Shown piece after piece: positions 46,355 through 56,079 of a DNA stretch of 64,000 nt (position 1 is the stretch's first letter; every line of letters begins with the position of its first letter). The notes under the pieces are model-generated. The model ran no database searches. It saw only the letters and a list, made by a program, of their open reading frames with translations, and had not been told where the DNA came from. Origin of the DNA: Chloroflexota bacterium (GTDB taxonomy: Bacteria; Chloroflexota; Limnocylindria; QHBO01); NCBI GenBank assembly GCA_038040195.1, contig JBBPIR010000001.1:489141-553140 (forward strand), read 5' to 3'. Made by a program: the position numbers and the translations under genes.

Positions 46355-48529
46355 GTGCTGGTTGGGCCGCGCTTCGACCGCATTCCGGAGCACGCCGAGC
46401 ACGATGACGAGCACGGCGCCGGGGCCGGTCACGACACGGGCGGCGACGCGCACGCCTCCCACGCCGAGGCGGTCGACGAGTCCGGGTACCGCGGCGTCCC
46501 GACCGAGGAGGAGCAGCGCGAGACCTCGCCCCACCGGGGCCACGCCGACGACCTGGCCAACGCCAACGGGGCCGATGGGATCATCCCCGACGAGCTGAAC
46601 GACGGGCGCGGGCAGCCCGGTCACGTGACGCCCGGCGGGCCGCGGCCGGTCTACCGCTCGTGGTGGGTCCCGGTCGCATTGGTGGCCGTGGCCTGGGCCG
46701 CGTCAATGGCCATCTTCGGCGCGGTCATCTTCGGAGGCGCCGAGTACCGGGTCACCGTCTACGAGTGGATCGTGTCGGGTGATTTCCGGATCGAGATCAC
46801 GTTCTTCGTGGACGCGCTGACCGCGGTCCTGCTGCTGGTGGTCAGCACGGTGGGCCTGCTGGTCCACGTCTATTCCATCGGCTACATGGACGGCGACCGC
46901 AGCGTCTGGCGCTTCTTCGCCTACCTGAACCTGTTCATGTTCAGCATGCTGCTGCTGATCCTGGCCGACAACTTCCTGCTCCTGTACGTGGGCTGGGAGG
47001 CGGTCGGCCTGTGCTCGTACCTCCTCATCGGCTACTGGTACAAGAAGCCGTCCGCGGCAGGAGCCGCCAAGAAGGCGTTCATCGTCAACCGGGTCGGCGA
47101 CTTCGGTTTCGGGCTGGGCGTGATCCTGATCTGGACCCTGCTCGGCACGCTGACGTTCGACGAGGTGTTCGCGGGGATCGGCGGCCTCGAGGGCTGGCAG
47201 ATCACCCTCATCGCCCTGCTCCTGTTCGCAGGGGCAGTGGGCAAGAGCGCCCAGTTCCCGCTGCACGTCTGGCTCCCGGACGCGATGGAGGGCCCCACCC
47301 CGGTCAGCGCCCTCATCCACGCCGCGACCATGGTCAACGCCGGGGTGTACCTGGTCGCCCGCGCCAACCCGATCTTTGCCCACTCGCCGGAGGCAATGGG
47401 CGTGGTGGTCGCGATCGGGGTGTTCACCGCCGTCCTGGCGGCGGCCATTGCGGTCACCCAGAACGACATCAAGAAGGTGCTGGCCTACTCGACCGTCAGC
47501 CAGCTGGCGTACATGTTCTTCGGGCTGGGGATCGGGGCCTGGGCGGCGGCCATCTTCCACCTGCTGACCCACGGCTTCTTCAAGGGCCTGCTGTTCATGG
47601 CTTCCGGATCGGTCATCCACGGGGCCGGCGGGGAGCAGGACATGCGCTTCATGGGCGGCCTCCGGGAACGCATGCGCTGGACGTACGGGACCATGCTCGT
47701 GGGGGCCCTGGCGCTGGCCGGGATCCCGATCTTCGCGGGGTTCTTCAGCAAGGACGAGATCCTGTCGGAGGCCTTCGCCCGCGGCTACCCGATCTACTGG
47801 GCGGTGGGCATCGGGGTCGCGTTCCTGACCGCGTTCTACACCTTCCGGATGATCTTCATGACCTTCCACGGCTCGTGGCGCGGGCCGGCGGCCGCCTGGA
47901 AGCACGTCCACGAGAGCGCGCGGACGATGGTCGCGCCGCTCGTCATCCTGGCCGTCCCTACCGCGCTGGCCGGGCTCCTGCTGGGCATTCCGCCCGAGGG
48001 CGGCACGATCCATCTGTGGCTGGAGGAGGTCTTCGCCAGTGCTGAGGGGCTCGGGGCCGGTATCCAGCCCGGCTCGATCCTGGCGGAGGCCATGGAGCAC
48101 GGGGAGGCGCACGGCTTCGAGCTGTTCGGCCTTGGCGGGCTGCTGCTGCTGGCCGGGGCGTCGGTCGGCCTGGCCGGCATCCTGCTCGCCCGGCGCTGGT
48201 ACATCCAGGATCCCGAGGCGCCCGCGCGTTTTGTGGAGCGCTTCCCGTTCGGGCTGGGGCCGGGCATGTACCGGGCCAGCCTGAACAAGTACTACTTCGA
48301 CGACCTGTACCAGCTCATCTTCGCTCGCGGCGGCGTGGTGCTTTCAAATGCCCTGTGGTGGTTCGACGTGAAGGTCATCGACGGGGCGGTGAACGGCGTC
48401 GGCTGGTTGGCCCAGCGCCTGGGCGGCGGGTTGCGCAGGTCCCAGACCGGGCGGGTCCAGAACTACGGATTGGGGATCGCGGCCGGGTTGGTCATCGTCC
48501 TGCTGGTCTATGCCACGGTGGTGCGCTGA
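46355..48529 (+). CDS. nuoL: NADH-quinone oxidoreductase subunit L (with atypical His/acidic-rich insertion; start uncertain)
   Basis: 724 aa; antiporter-like core plus long C-terminal helix region; TM1-like sequence appears in a different frame just upstream. Confidence 0.8.
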   Translation: MLVGPRFDRIPEHAEHDDEHGAGAGHDTGGDAHASHAEAVDESGYRGVPTEEEQRETSPHRGHADDLANANGADGIIPDELNDGRGQPGHVTPGGPRPVYRSWWVPVALVAVAWAASMAIFGAVIFGGAEYRVTVYEWIVSGDFRIEITFFVDALTAVLLLVVSTVGLLVHVYSIGYMDGDRSVWRFFAYLNLFMFSMLLLILADNFLLLYVGWEAVGLCSYLLIGYWYKKPSAAGAAKKAFIVNRVGDFGFGLGVILIWTLLGTLTFDEVFAGIGGLEGWQITLIALLLFAGAVGKSAQFPLHVWLPDAMEGPTPVSALIHAATMVNAGVYLVARANPIFAHSPEAMGVVVAIGVFTAVLAAAIAVTQNDIKKVLAYSTVSQLAYMFFGLGIGAWAAAIFHLLTHGFFKGLLFMASGSVIHGAGGEQDMRFMGGLRERMRWTYGTMLVGALALAGIPIFAGFFSKDEILSEAFARGYPIYWAVGIGVAFLTAFYTFRMIFMTFHGSWRGPAAAWKHVHESARTMVAPLVILAVPTALAGLLLGIPPEGGTIHLWLEEVFASAEGLGAGIQPGSILAEAMEHGEAHGFELFGLGGLLLLAGASVGLAGILLARRWYIQDPEAPARFVERFPFGLGPGMYRASLNKYYFDDLYQLIFARGGVVLSNALWWFDVKVIDGAVNGVGWLAQRLGGGLRRSQTGRVQNYGLGIAAGLVIVLLVYATVVR

Positions 48530-50057
48530 CATGAGCGGCCTGCCGGTGCTGTCGCTGATCGTCTTCACGCCGCTGCTCGGCGTGGCGGCCCTGCTGTTCG
48601 TGCCGGGCACCAACCATCGGCTCATCCGCTGGGTGGCCCTGCTGGCGGCCATGGGAAGCCTGGGCTTCAGCCTATTCCTGGTGGGCTACGACCCCGCCGG
48701 GGCGGAGTTCCAGTTCCGCGAGGACCTTCCCTGGATCAGCGCATTCGGGATCCGCTACCAGCTGGGGGTGGACGGCATGAGCGCAGTGCTGGTGCTGCTC
48801 ACCACGGTCCTGAGCGTGGTCAGCATCCTGTACTCCTGGGGGCCGATCCAGATGCGGGTCAAGGAGTACTACGCCGCGATGCTGCTCCTGATGGCCGGCA
48901 TGCTCGGCGTCTTCGTGGCGCTCGACCTGTTCGTGTTCTACGTTTTTTGGGAGCTGAGCCTGATCCCGATGTACCTGGTGATCGGGATCTGGGGTGGGCC
49001 GCAGCGCATTTACGCCACGCTGAAGTTCGTCATCTACACGCTGGTCGGCTCGCTCCTCATGCTGGTCGCCATCCTGGCCGTGGTCATCGCCAACGCCAAC
49101 CTCCCGGGCGGGACGTTCACGTTCAGCTACGAGGCCCTGCGCGGCGTCCCCTTCCCCGATCTGCTCCAGGCTGGCGCATTCATCGCGTTCGGGCTGGCCT
49201 TTGCCATCAAGGTACCGATGTGGCCGTTCCACACCTGGCTGCCCGATGCTCACGTGGAGGCCCCGACCGCGGGCTCCATCATCCTGGCCGGGGTCCTGCT
49301 CAAGCTGGGCGGCTACGGGTTCCTGCGATTCAGCCTGCCGCTGCTGCCCGACGCGGCCCAGTCCTTCGCGCCGCTCATGATCGGCCTGGCCTTGATCGCC
49401 ATCATGTATGGCGCGCTGGTGGCCATGGTCCAGCCCGATCTGAAGAAGCTGATCGCCTACTCGAGCGTGTCGCACATGGGCTTCGTGATGCTGGGGGCGT
49501 TCGTCTTCAACACCCAGGGCCTGCAGGGCGCGATCTTCCAGATGGTCAGCCACGGGATCACGACCGGCGCCCTGTTCCTCTTGGTGGGCGTCATCTATGA
49601 ACGCACCCACGACCGGCTGATCAGCCACATGGGCGGTCTGAACGCCCGCCTGCCGGCCTACGCCGCCCTGTTCGGGCTGTTCACCTTCGCGAGCATCGGC
49701 TTACCAGGCTTGTCGGGGTTCGTGGGCGAGTTCCTGGTCATGCTCGGCGCTTTCCAGTACTCGGCCTGGGTGGGGGCCTGGGCCATGCTGGTCGTGATAG
49801 CCAGCGCGGTCTACATGCTGTGGATGTTCCAGCGCGCCTTCTTTGCCGTGCCGTCGGACTGGATGCGCCGGGCCTGGGGCGGCCTGCATGACCTGACCCG
49901 GGTCGAGTGGCTGTCGCTGGCCCCACTGGTGGTCCTGGTGGTGGCACTGGGGGTGTTCCCGGCCCCCGTCCTGGAGGCCACCGCCGGGCCGGTGCAGCGC
50001 ATCCTCGACGCGGTCCAGGGCGCCGCGGGGCTCAACCTGGTCGCCTGGCCGTGGTGA
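48510..50057 (+). CDS. nuoM: NADH-quinone oxidoreductase subunit M
   Basis: 515 aa antiporter-like, WLPDAHVEAPTAGS motif. Confidence 0.85.
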   Translation: MPRWCADMSGLPVLSLIVFTPLLGVAALLFVPGTNHRLIRWVALLAAMGSLGFSLFLVGYDPAGAEFQFREDLPWISAFGIRYQLGVDGMSAVLVLLTTVLSVVSILYSWGPIQMRVKEYYAAMLLLMAGMLGVFVALDLFVFYVFWELSLIPMYLVIGIWGGPQRIYATLKFVIYTLVGSLLMLVAILAVVIANANLPGGTFTFSYEALRGVPFPDLLQAGAFIAFGLAFAIKVPMWPFHTWLPDAHVEAPTAGSIILAGVLLKLGGYGFLRFSLPLLPDAAQSFAPLMIGLALIAIMYGALVAMVQPDLKKLIAYSSVSHMGFVMLGAFVFNTQGLQGAIFQMVSHGITTGALFLLVGVIYERTHDRLISHMGGLNARLPAYAALFGLFTFASIGLPGLSGFVGEFLVMLGAFQYSAWVGAWAMLVVIASAVYMLWMFQRAFFAVPSDWMRRAWGGLHDLTRVEWLSLAPLVVLVVALGVFPAPVLEATAGPVQRILDAVQGAAGLNLVAWPW

Positions 50058-50064
50058 GACCGGT

Positions 50065-51516
50065 ATGAACGACCCCGCGGCGCTGTACGCGCTCCTGCCC
50101 GAGGTGGCCCTGGCCATCTCGGTCCTGGTGATCATCACCGTCGACCTGTTCCTTCCCCGGGAGCGCAAGTGGCTGCTGACCCCGCTGACCGTGGCCGGCC
50201 TGGCGGCCACCGCGCTGGCCATCGGCGCGGTCTGGACCACCCCGCCCAGCGGGGCGTTGGCGGGAGGGGTCTATACCGTGGACCGGCTGGCGCTGGTGCT
50301 GAAGCTGGCGGCGGTCGGTATCGGCGTGTTGACGACCCTGTTCGCGCCGGGCTACCTGGTCGTCCGCCGCCTGCCGTTGGGCGAGTTCAACGCCATCCTG
50401 CTGTTCTCGACCCTGGGCATCTTCGTCCTGGCCAGCAGCGCGGATCTCATCACCCTGTTCCTCGGCCTCGAGCTGATGGTCATGCCAGCCTACCTGCTGG
50501 CCGCCTTCCACAAGACCGATCGGTTCAGCAACGAGGGCGGGCTGAAGTACTTCCTGCTCGGGTCATTTGCGAGCGCCATCCTCCTGTTCGGCATCGCCTG
50601 GACCTACGGCCTGACCGGCTCGACCGTGTTCACCGAGATCGCCGAGGTGTTCTCGGGCGGCTTGATGAACGGGGCGGTGCTGGTGGCGATCGGCTTCCTG
50701 ACCGTGGGGGCGACCTTCAAGGCGGCGGCGGTGCCGTTCCACTTCTGGACTCCGGACGCCTACCAGGGCGCCCCGACGCCCATCACCGGGTTCCTGTCAG
50801 TAGGCCCCAAGCTGGGGGCCTTTGCCCTGCTGCTGCGCCTCTTCGGGGAAGCGCTCGGCCCGTTGCGCACCGACTGGCTGGACGTGTTCGTCGTGCTGGC
50901 GGTGGTGACCATGACGTTTGGCAACGTGGTGGCCCTGACCCAGACCAACGTCAAGCGGATGCTGGCCTACTCCTCGATCGCCCATACCGGCTACATCCTG
51001 GCCGGGCTGGCGGCGTTTGCAGCAGCCACAGATCCAAAGGTTGCCACCGAGGCCATCGAGGCGGTCGTGTTCTACCTGGTCGGCTACTCGGTGATGAACA
51101 TCGCGGCTTTCGCGGTGGTCGGCATGCTGCAGCGCGACGTGCGCCGATACGGCGGATTGGGCTCATTCGCGGGCCTGGCCGGGCGTCAGCCGGCCCTGGC
51201 CGCAGCCATGACCGTCCTGCTCCTGTCGCTGACGGGCATCCCGCCCACGGTCGGGTTCTTTGCCAAGCTGTACGTCCTGCTGACGTCGGTCGACGCGGGC
51301 CTGGCCTGGCTGGCGGTGGCCATCGCCCTGAATGCCGCCCTGGCCGCGTTCTACTACCTGCGGGTGGTGGTCTACATGTACATGCGTGACCCGGAGGCTG
51401 AGCCGGCGGATGTGGAGCGCTCCGGGGTCGGCCGCCTGGCGCTGGGACTCAGCGTGGCCGGCGTGCTCCTGCTCGGCATCTTCCCCGGCATCCTGCTCGG
51501 GTGGCTGCCGGCTTGA
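50065..51516 (+). CDS. nuoN: NADH-quinone oxidoreductase subunit N
   Basis: 483 aa antiporter-like, FHFWTPDAYQGAPTP. Confidence 0.85.
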   Translation: MNDPAALYALLPEVALAISVLVIITVDLFLPRERKWLLTPLTVAGLAATALAIGAVWTTPPSGALAGGVYTVDRLALVLKLAAVGIGVLTTLFAPGYLVVRRLPLGEFNAILLFSTLGIFVLASSADLITLFLGLELMVMPAYLLAAFHKTDRFSNEGGLKYFLLGSFASAILLFGIAWTYGLTGSTVFTEIAEVFSGGLMNGAVLVAIGFLTVGATFKAAAVPFHFWTPDAYQGAPTPITGFLSVGPKLGAFALLLRLFGEALGPLRTDWLDVFVVLAVVTMTFGNVVALTQTNVKRMLAYSSIAHTGYILAGLAAFAAATDPKVATEAIEAVVFYLVGYSVMNIAAFAVVGMLQRDVRRYGGLGSFAGLAGRQPALAAAMTVLLLSLTGIPPTVGFFAKLYVLLTSVDAGLAWLAVAIALNAALAAFYYLRVVVYMYMRDPEAEPADVERSGVGRLALGLSVAGVLLLGIFPGILLGWLPA

Positions 51517-52199
51517 CCACCCGCCGTCCCCGGGGGCTGGCCCTCCCGCTGACCCTCGCCCTGCTGGGGGTGGTCCTGATCCTGTCCGGCCAACTGCCCC
51601 TGGACGAGGGCGCCCGCCCCAGCCTGGCGCCCATCCCGACCCCCAGCCTGGTGGCCCGGACCCAATCGCCCGGGGCCGAACCCTCGACGGATGGCACGCC
51701 CGAGGCCACCCCCGAAGCCACGCCGATCCCCAGCGACTGGGTGGCGACCCAGATCCAGGTCGAATCGGTGGGCGTCAATGTGGCTGTCCAGCGGCTCGCG
51801 CCAGGCCAGCCGCTCGGCGAGTGCTGCGCCTTCCTCCTCGCCCAGACCTCGGACCCGGGCCGCGGAACGAACTCGTACATCGTGGCGCACGCCCTGCGGC
51901 CGCTGTTCATCGGCCTGTGGAACGTCGAGCTTGGCGCCGAGGTGCGCATCCTGATGTCCGACGGCCAGGTCCTCCGCTACCGCGTGACCGAGGTCCACGC
52001 CAACGTGTCCTGCCCCGACCCGGACGCCGAGCCAATGCCGAGCCCGCCGTTGGACCTCCTCTATGCGGGCCCCGGGTGCGAGGAGGGAGGCCGCTGGACG
52101 GCGGCCACCGACCACGAACGGCTGACGCTCCAGACCTCCCAGGGCTTCAACCGCAACTGGGGCGAGTTGATCGTGGTCGCACTGCCCATCCAGCCCTGA
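51501..52199 (+). CDS. sortase-like membrane-anchored protein with Ser in place of catalytic Cys
   Basis: N-terminal signal-anchor; sortase-like order of elements (VESVGVNVAV, NSYIVAHA, RLTLQTSQGF, NRNWGELIVVA); TLxTC reads TLQTS. Confidence 0.35.
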   Translation: MAAGLTTRRPRGLALPLTLALLGVVLILSGQLPLDEGARPSLAPIPTPSLVARTQSPGAEPSTDGTPEATPEATPIPSDWVATQIQVESVGVNVAVQRLAPGQPLGECCAFLLAQTSDPGRGTNSYIVAHALRPLFIGLWNVELGAEVRILMSDGQVLRYRVTEVHANVSCPDPDAEPMPSPPLDLLYAGPGCEEGGRWTAATDHERLTLQTSQGFNRNWGELIVVALPIQP

Positions 52200-52209
52200 T
52201 CTCGACCCG

Positions 52210-52902
52210 TCAGAGGTCGCGCCGCCGGAACCGCAAGGCGGCGACGGCCCAGGCCAAGGCGGCCAGCGTCAGGCACAGGCCGATGGCCTGGAGGCCCACC
52301 GTGATCGGCCGATCGGCGGGGACCATCCCGGCCACCAGCCAGTAGCCGCTTGCGGGATGGACGGCCGTCTCACCCAAGAGGACGAGCGGCAGGGCTAATA
52401 TCGCGGCTCCCCCGACGACCGCCACGAGCGTCACCCGGCTCGAAGCGTCGACGGCGATGGCCAGCGCAGCCGCCGACAGTGGCAGCGCCGGAGCGGCGGC
52501 GGCGACCACCGTCACCGCCACCGCGACTGGACCCGGCGCCCCTTCCAACGGAGGCGGCAGGGCGAGGGCGGCCAGGATCCCGGCCAGTACGAAGGCCACC
52601 AGCACGGCCAGCGCCGGAAGCGCCAGCCAAGCCCTGATGAGCGCGGTCCGGGGCACGGCCCGGACCACCAGCCACGCTGCGGCGCCCGAGCCGATTTCCT
52701 CGCTGAAGCCTGTGCCCACCAGGGCGGCGCTCAGGACGGCGGCCACCCCGAAGCCAACCGCCAGCGCCAGGCGACCGGCCTCCGAACCGAACTGGCCGTC
52801 GACGACGACCGCCACCACGGCCGCGATGGCCGGAAGGACCAGCAGGCCCAGCAGCCGGAGCTGAATCCACAGCTGACGTGCGACGTGGACGGTGAGGATC
52901 AT
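52210..52902 (-). CDS. polytopic membrane protein (ABC-type permease-like)
   Basis: 230 aa, ~6 TM, Ala/Leu-rich; overlaps downstream NBD-like gene by 4 nt. Confidence 0.4.
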   Translation of the reverse strand: MILTVHVARQLWIQLRLLGLLVLPAIAAVVAVVVDGQFGSEAGRLALAVGFGVAAVLSAALVGTGFSEEIGSGAAAWLVVRAVPRTALIRAWLALPALAVLVAFVLAGILAALALPPPLEGAPGPVAVAVTVVAAAAPALPLSAAALAIAVDASSRVTLVAVVGGAAILALPLVLLGETAVHPASGYWLVAGMVPADRPITVGLQAIGLCLTLAALAWAVAALRFRRRDL

Positions 52903-53672
52903 GGGACCAGGTCGGCCATTGCGGTCAGGCCGCGCAACGAGAGGGGCAGACGTTGGGCGTCCAGCTCGCCAATCGGCGCGTGAAGCGCGACGCGTCCGTC
53001 GCGGATGAGGACCACCCGGTCGACAACACCGCCCTGCTGGGCCGGGTAGCGACTGGCGATGAGCACGGTTCGGCGCTCGCCCGGGATGCGGAGCAGCCGC
53101 AGTCGATCGGGCGCAGCATGGGCGCGCAGCGGCTCATCCAGGAGGAGGACTTCGGGGTCGGGGAGGAGGGCGGCTGCCAGCGCCGTCCGTTCGAGAATGA
53201 TGCGCCCGGCATGCTGCAGCGGACGGTCGCGGATGGCGCCCAGCCGGAACGCCTGGAGGGATTCTTCGATCTCGCGCTGTCGTTCCGCTCCGTCGATTCC
53301 GGACAGGCGCGCGGCCAGGTCAAGGCTTTCGGCTGCCGTCATCCATCGCGGAATGCCTGGATCCGATCCAACGAACCCGATCCGCCGCACCCAGCCCTCG
53401 GGAATGGCCGTCTCGCGCTGGAGCCCGGCCAGGGTCACCGTTCCCCGATCCGCGCGCGCCAGGCCGGCCATGATCCGCAACAGGAGCGAAGGAGCCTCGG
53501 GGTCGATCCCGGCCAGCAGGACACGTGCCCCGACCGGTACCGCCAGCTCGACCCCGTCCAGGATCGGCCGGTTGCCAACCCGGCGAGCGAGGTCGACGAC
53601 CTCCACCGCCACCGGCCGCAGGCGACCGGCGGCCGGCGACGACCACAGCGCGTCCGGCGTGGAGGTCGGCAT
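52899..53672 (-). CDS. ABC nucleotide-binding-domain-like protein with degenerate Walker A
   Basis: Walker B LLLDEP present; Walker A position reads LLAGIDPEAPS (no GKS/T); signature LSGGQ not conserved. Confidence 0.4.
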   Translation of the reverse strand: MPTSTPDALWSSPAAGRLRPVAVEVVDLARRVGNRPILDGVELAVPVGARVLLAGIDPEAPSLLLRIMAGLARADRGTVTLAGLQRETAIPEGWVRRIGFVGSDPGIPRWMTAAESLDLAARLSGIDGAERQREIEESLQAFRLGAIRDRPLQHAGRIILERTALAAALLPDPEVLLLDEPLRAHAAPDRLRLLRIPGERRTVLIASRYPAQQGGVVDRVVLIRDGRVALHAPIGELDAQRLPLSLRGLTAMADLVP

Positions 53673-53734
53673 GGCCGGACTCTACCGCGTCGCGATCGGC
53701 GAAGGGCGTATTGACACCTGCCCATTCCGGGGGA

Positions 53735-53800
53735 TAGGATAAGCACGGCCTTATATAAAGACCACCTTACCTGTTCTCTTCAAGGGGACTCGAGCGACAC
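53735..53800. promoter_or_regulatory. AT-rich promoter region upstream of arsR-family regulator
   Basis: locally AT-rich tract (cttatataaagacc) in ~70% GC background, immediately upstream of 53803 start. Confidence 0.3.
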
Positions 53801-53802
53801 AC

Positions 53803-54168
53803 ATGACCCTTCAGCCCGCCGACTCGATCGCCACCCGCGACCTCCGCCTGCTGCGCGACCTGTACCGCGCCCTGGCCGACCCCACCCGGCTCCGCATCTG
53901 CGCCATCCTGGGCGAGTCGGGGCCGCTCCCCGTCAATGAGCTGTCGGCTCGATTCGGCCTCTCTCAGCCGCTCATCAGCTGGCACCTGCGGATCCTGCGC
54001 ACGGCGGGGCTGGTGGAGATGCGGCCCCACGGTCGCGAGAAGCTGTGCGCCCTGCGACCCGCCGCCTTCGCGGCGCTGACCGCCGCCCAGCAACGCCTGG
54101 TGGCAGGTGACCTGCGCGTGGCCGCCACCCAAGGGTTGGATGCGGGAGGCGTGCTTCGTGTCCGCTGA
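53803..54168 (+). CDS. ArsR/SmtB family transcriptional regulator
   Basis: 121 aa; HTH LADPTRLRICAILGESGPLPVNELSARFGLSQPLISWHLRIL. Confidence 0.75.
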   Translation: MTLQPADSIATRDLRLLRDLYRALADPTRLRICAILGESGPLPVNELSARFGLSQPLISWHLRILRTAGLVEMRPHGREKLCALRPAAFAALTAAQQRLVAGDLRVAATQGLDAGGVLRVR

Positions 54169-54832
54169 CCCAACGCCCCGGGGCGATGCGCTCCTCTCGG
54201 CCCGGCTCAAGGAAGCGGGTCGGGTGGCCGTTGCGCCGGTGGTGAATGTCCTGGCCGCGGCGGGGGTCTCCCCCAACTCGGTCACGGTCTCCGGCCTGAT
54301 CCTGGTCGCCGCGGCCTCGCTCCTGGTGTGGCAGCGATCCCTGCTCCTGGGCGCGGTGTTCCTGGCCGTGGGCGCGAGTCTGGACGCCATCGACGGCGGC
54401 CTGGCCCGAGCCCAGGGCGGCGCCACGCCCTTCGGGGCGTTCCTGGACAGCACCCTGGACCGCACCGGGGAAGCCCTCGTCTACCTGGGCATCGTCGCCT
54501 TCTGGCTGGATCGCACCGCGCAACCCTTCGTGCCGGTCATGCTGGCCGCCCTCGCCCTGAGCGGTTCGTTCCTGGTCAGCTACTCGCGGGCGCGGGCCGA
54601 GGCCGCCGGATTCACCGCCTCCAACGGCTTGGCGCCCCGACCCGAGCGGCTGATCATCCTGGTCCTGGGCCTGGCGCTGGCCGGGCTCGGCCATTCCATC
54701 GCTCTGATCGTGGCGATGGGTCTCATCGCCATCCTCGCCTGGGCGACTGTCGCCCAGCGTATCTGGAACGTTCGTCAGCAGGCGGCTTCCGCCGCCCTGC
54801 CTGCCCCCATCGGTCAAGACAAGGAGATCTGA
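54158..54832 (+). CDS. CDP-alcohol phosphatidyltransferase (phosphatidylinositol phosphate synthase-like)
   Basis: [27 protein letters not shown] = D-G-x2-A-R...G-x3-D-x3-D motif; 5-6 TM; start uncertain (GTG 54158 or ATG 54140). Confidence 0.7.
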   Translation: MSADPTPRGDALLSARLKEAGRVAVAPVVNVLAAAGVSPNSVTVSGLILVAAASLLVWQRSLLLGAVFLAVGASLDAIDGGLARAQGGATPFGAFLDSTLDRTGEALVYLGIVAFWLDRTAQPFVPVMLAALALSGSFLVSYSRARAEAAGFTASNGLAPRPERLIILVLGLALAGLGHSIALIVAMGLIAILAWATVAQRIWNVRQQAASAALPAPIGQDKEI

Positions 54833-54837
54833 ACATC

Positions 54838-56055
54838 GTGGCCACCAACACCAAGATCGCGTCGAACGGGCGGAACGGGAAGCGTCGCCCGGACGGCAAA
54901 GTCCGGGTCGCCATCGTCGGCGTGGGCAACTGCGCCTCGAGCCTGGTCCAGGGGCGCCACTACTACGAGAACGCCCGTGTCGGGGACCAGATTCCGGGCC
55001 TCATGCACGTCGACCTCGGCGGCTACCACATCCGTGACATCGAGTTCGTGGCGGCCTTCGACATTGACAAGAACAAGGTCGGCAAGGACCTGTCGGAGGC
55101 CATCTACGCGCCGCCCAACAACACGTTCGTGTTCCAGCAGGTGCCCCACCTGGGCGTCACCGTGGATCGGGGCATGACCCTCGACGGGCTGGGCAAGTAC
55201 CTGTCCCAGGTGATCGAGAAGGCGCCCGGCCAAACCTCCGACGTGGTCGGCATCCTCCGCGAGCGGGAGGTCGACGTCATCGTGTCCTACCTGCCGGTGG
55301 GCAGCGAGGACGCCACCAAGTGGTACGTCGAGCAGGCGCTTCAGGCGGGCGTCGGGTTCATCAACGCCATCCCGGTGTTCATCGGTCGCGAGGCCTACTG
55401 GCAGCGCCGGTTTGCCGAGCACGGCCTGCCGATCATCGGTGACGACATCAAGAGCCAGGTGGGTGCCACGATCACGCATCGCGTCCTGACCCGGCTGTTC
55501 ATGGACCGCGGGGTGCGGGTGGATCGCACCTACCAGCTGAACTTCGGGGGCAACACCGACTTCCTGAACATGCTCGAGCGCGAGCGGCTGGAGTCGAAGA
55601 AGATCAGCAAGACGAACGCGGTGACCTCGATGCTCGACTACGAACTTGGCCCGGACAACGTCCACGTCGGGCCGTCGGACTACGTGCCGTGGCTGAAGGA
55701 CCGCAAGTGGTGCCACATCCGGATGGAGGGAACCACCTTCGGCGACGTGCCGCTCAACCTGGAGCTGAAGCTCGAGGTCTGGGACTCGCCGAACAGCGCC
55801 GGCGTCATCACCGATGCCATCCGCTGCGCGAAGCTGGGATTGGACCGCGGGCTGGCCGGCACGCTGGTCGCGCCGTCCTCGTACTTCATGAAGTCGCCGC
55901 CCATCCAGATCCACGACGACGTGGCCCGGGAGCGGGTGGAGGCCTTCATCCGAGGCGAGGACAACGAGACCCTGGACGGCACCGAGGCGCCGCGTCCGGT
56001 ACGGGCCAGGCATGCCCCGCGGGCGCCTCGCGCCAAAGCCGCCGCCCGGCGCTGA
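54838..56055 (+). CDS. ino1: myo-inositol-1-phosphate synthase
   Basis: near full-length match to actinobacterial Ino1 ([54 protein letters not shown]); GTG start with AAGGAG RBS 8 nt upstream. Confidence 0.8.
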   Translation: MATNTKIASNGRNGKRRPDGKVRVAIVGVGNCASSLVQGRHYYENARVGDQIPGLMHVDLGGYHIRDIEFVAAFDIDKNKVGKDLSEAIYAPPNNTFVFQQVPHLGVTVDRGMTLDGLGKYLSQVIEKAPGQTSDVVGILREREVDVIVSYLPVGSEDATKWYVEQALQAGVGFINAIPVFIGREAYWQRRFAEHGLPIIGDDIKSQVGATITHRVLTRLFMDRGVRVDRTYQLNFGGNTDFLNMLERERLESKKISKTNAVTSMLDYELGPDNVHVGPSDYVPWLKDRKWCHIRMEGTTFGDVPLNLELKLEVWDSPNSAGVITDAIRCAKLGLDRGLAGTLVAPSSYFMKSPPIQIHDDVARERVEAFIRGEDNETLDGTEAPRPVRARHAPRAPRAKAAARR

Positions 56056-56079
56056 AGGTTTGGCTGAGGGCGTCCGCCC

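Noticed and set aside
46362-46598. 78-aa ORF in an alternate frame at the nuoL 5' end
   Set aside because: Ser/Thr/Pro/Arg-rich low-complexity product. It is an out-of-frame reading of nuoL's His/acidic-rich insertion.
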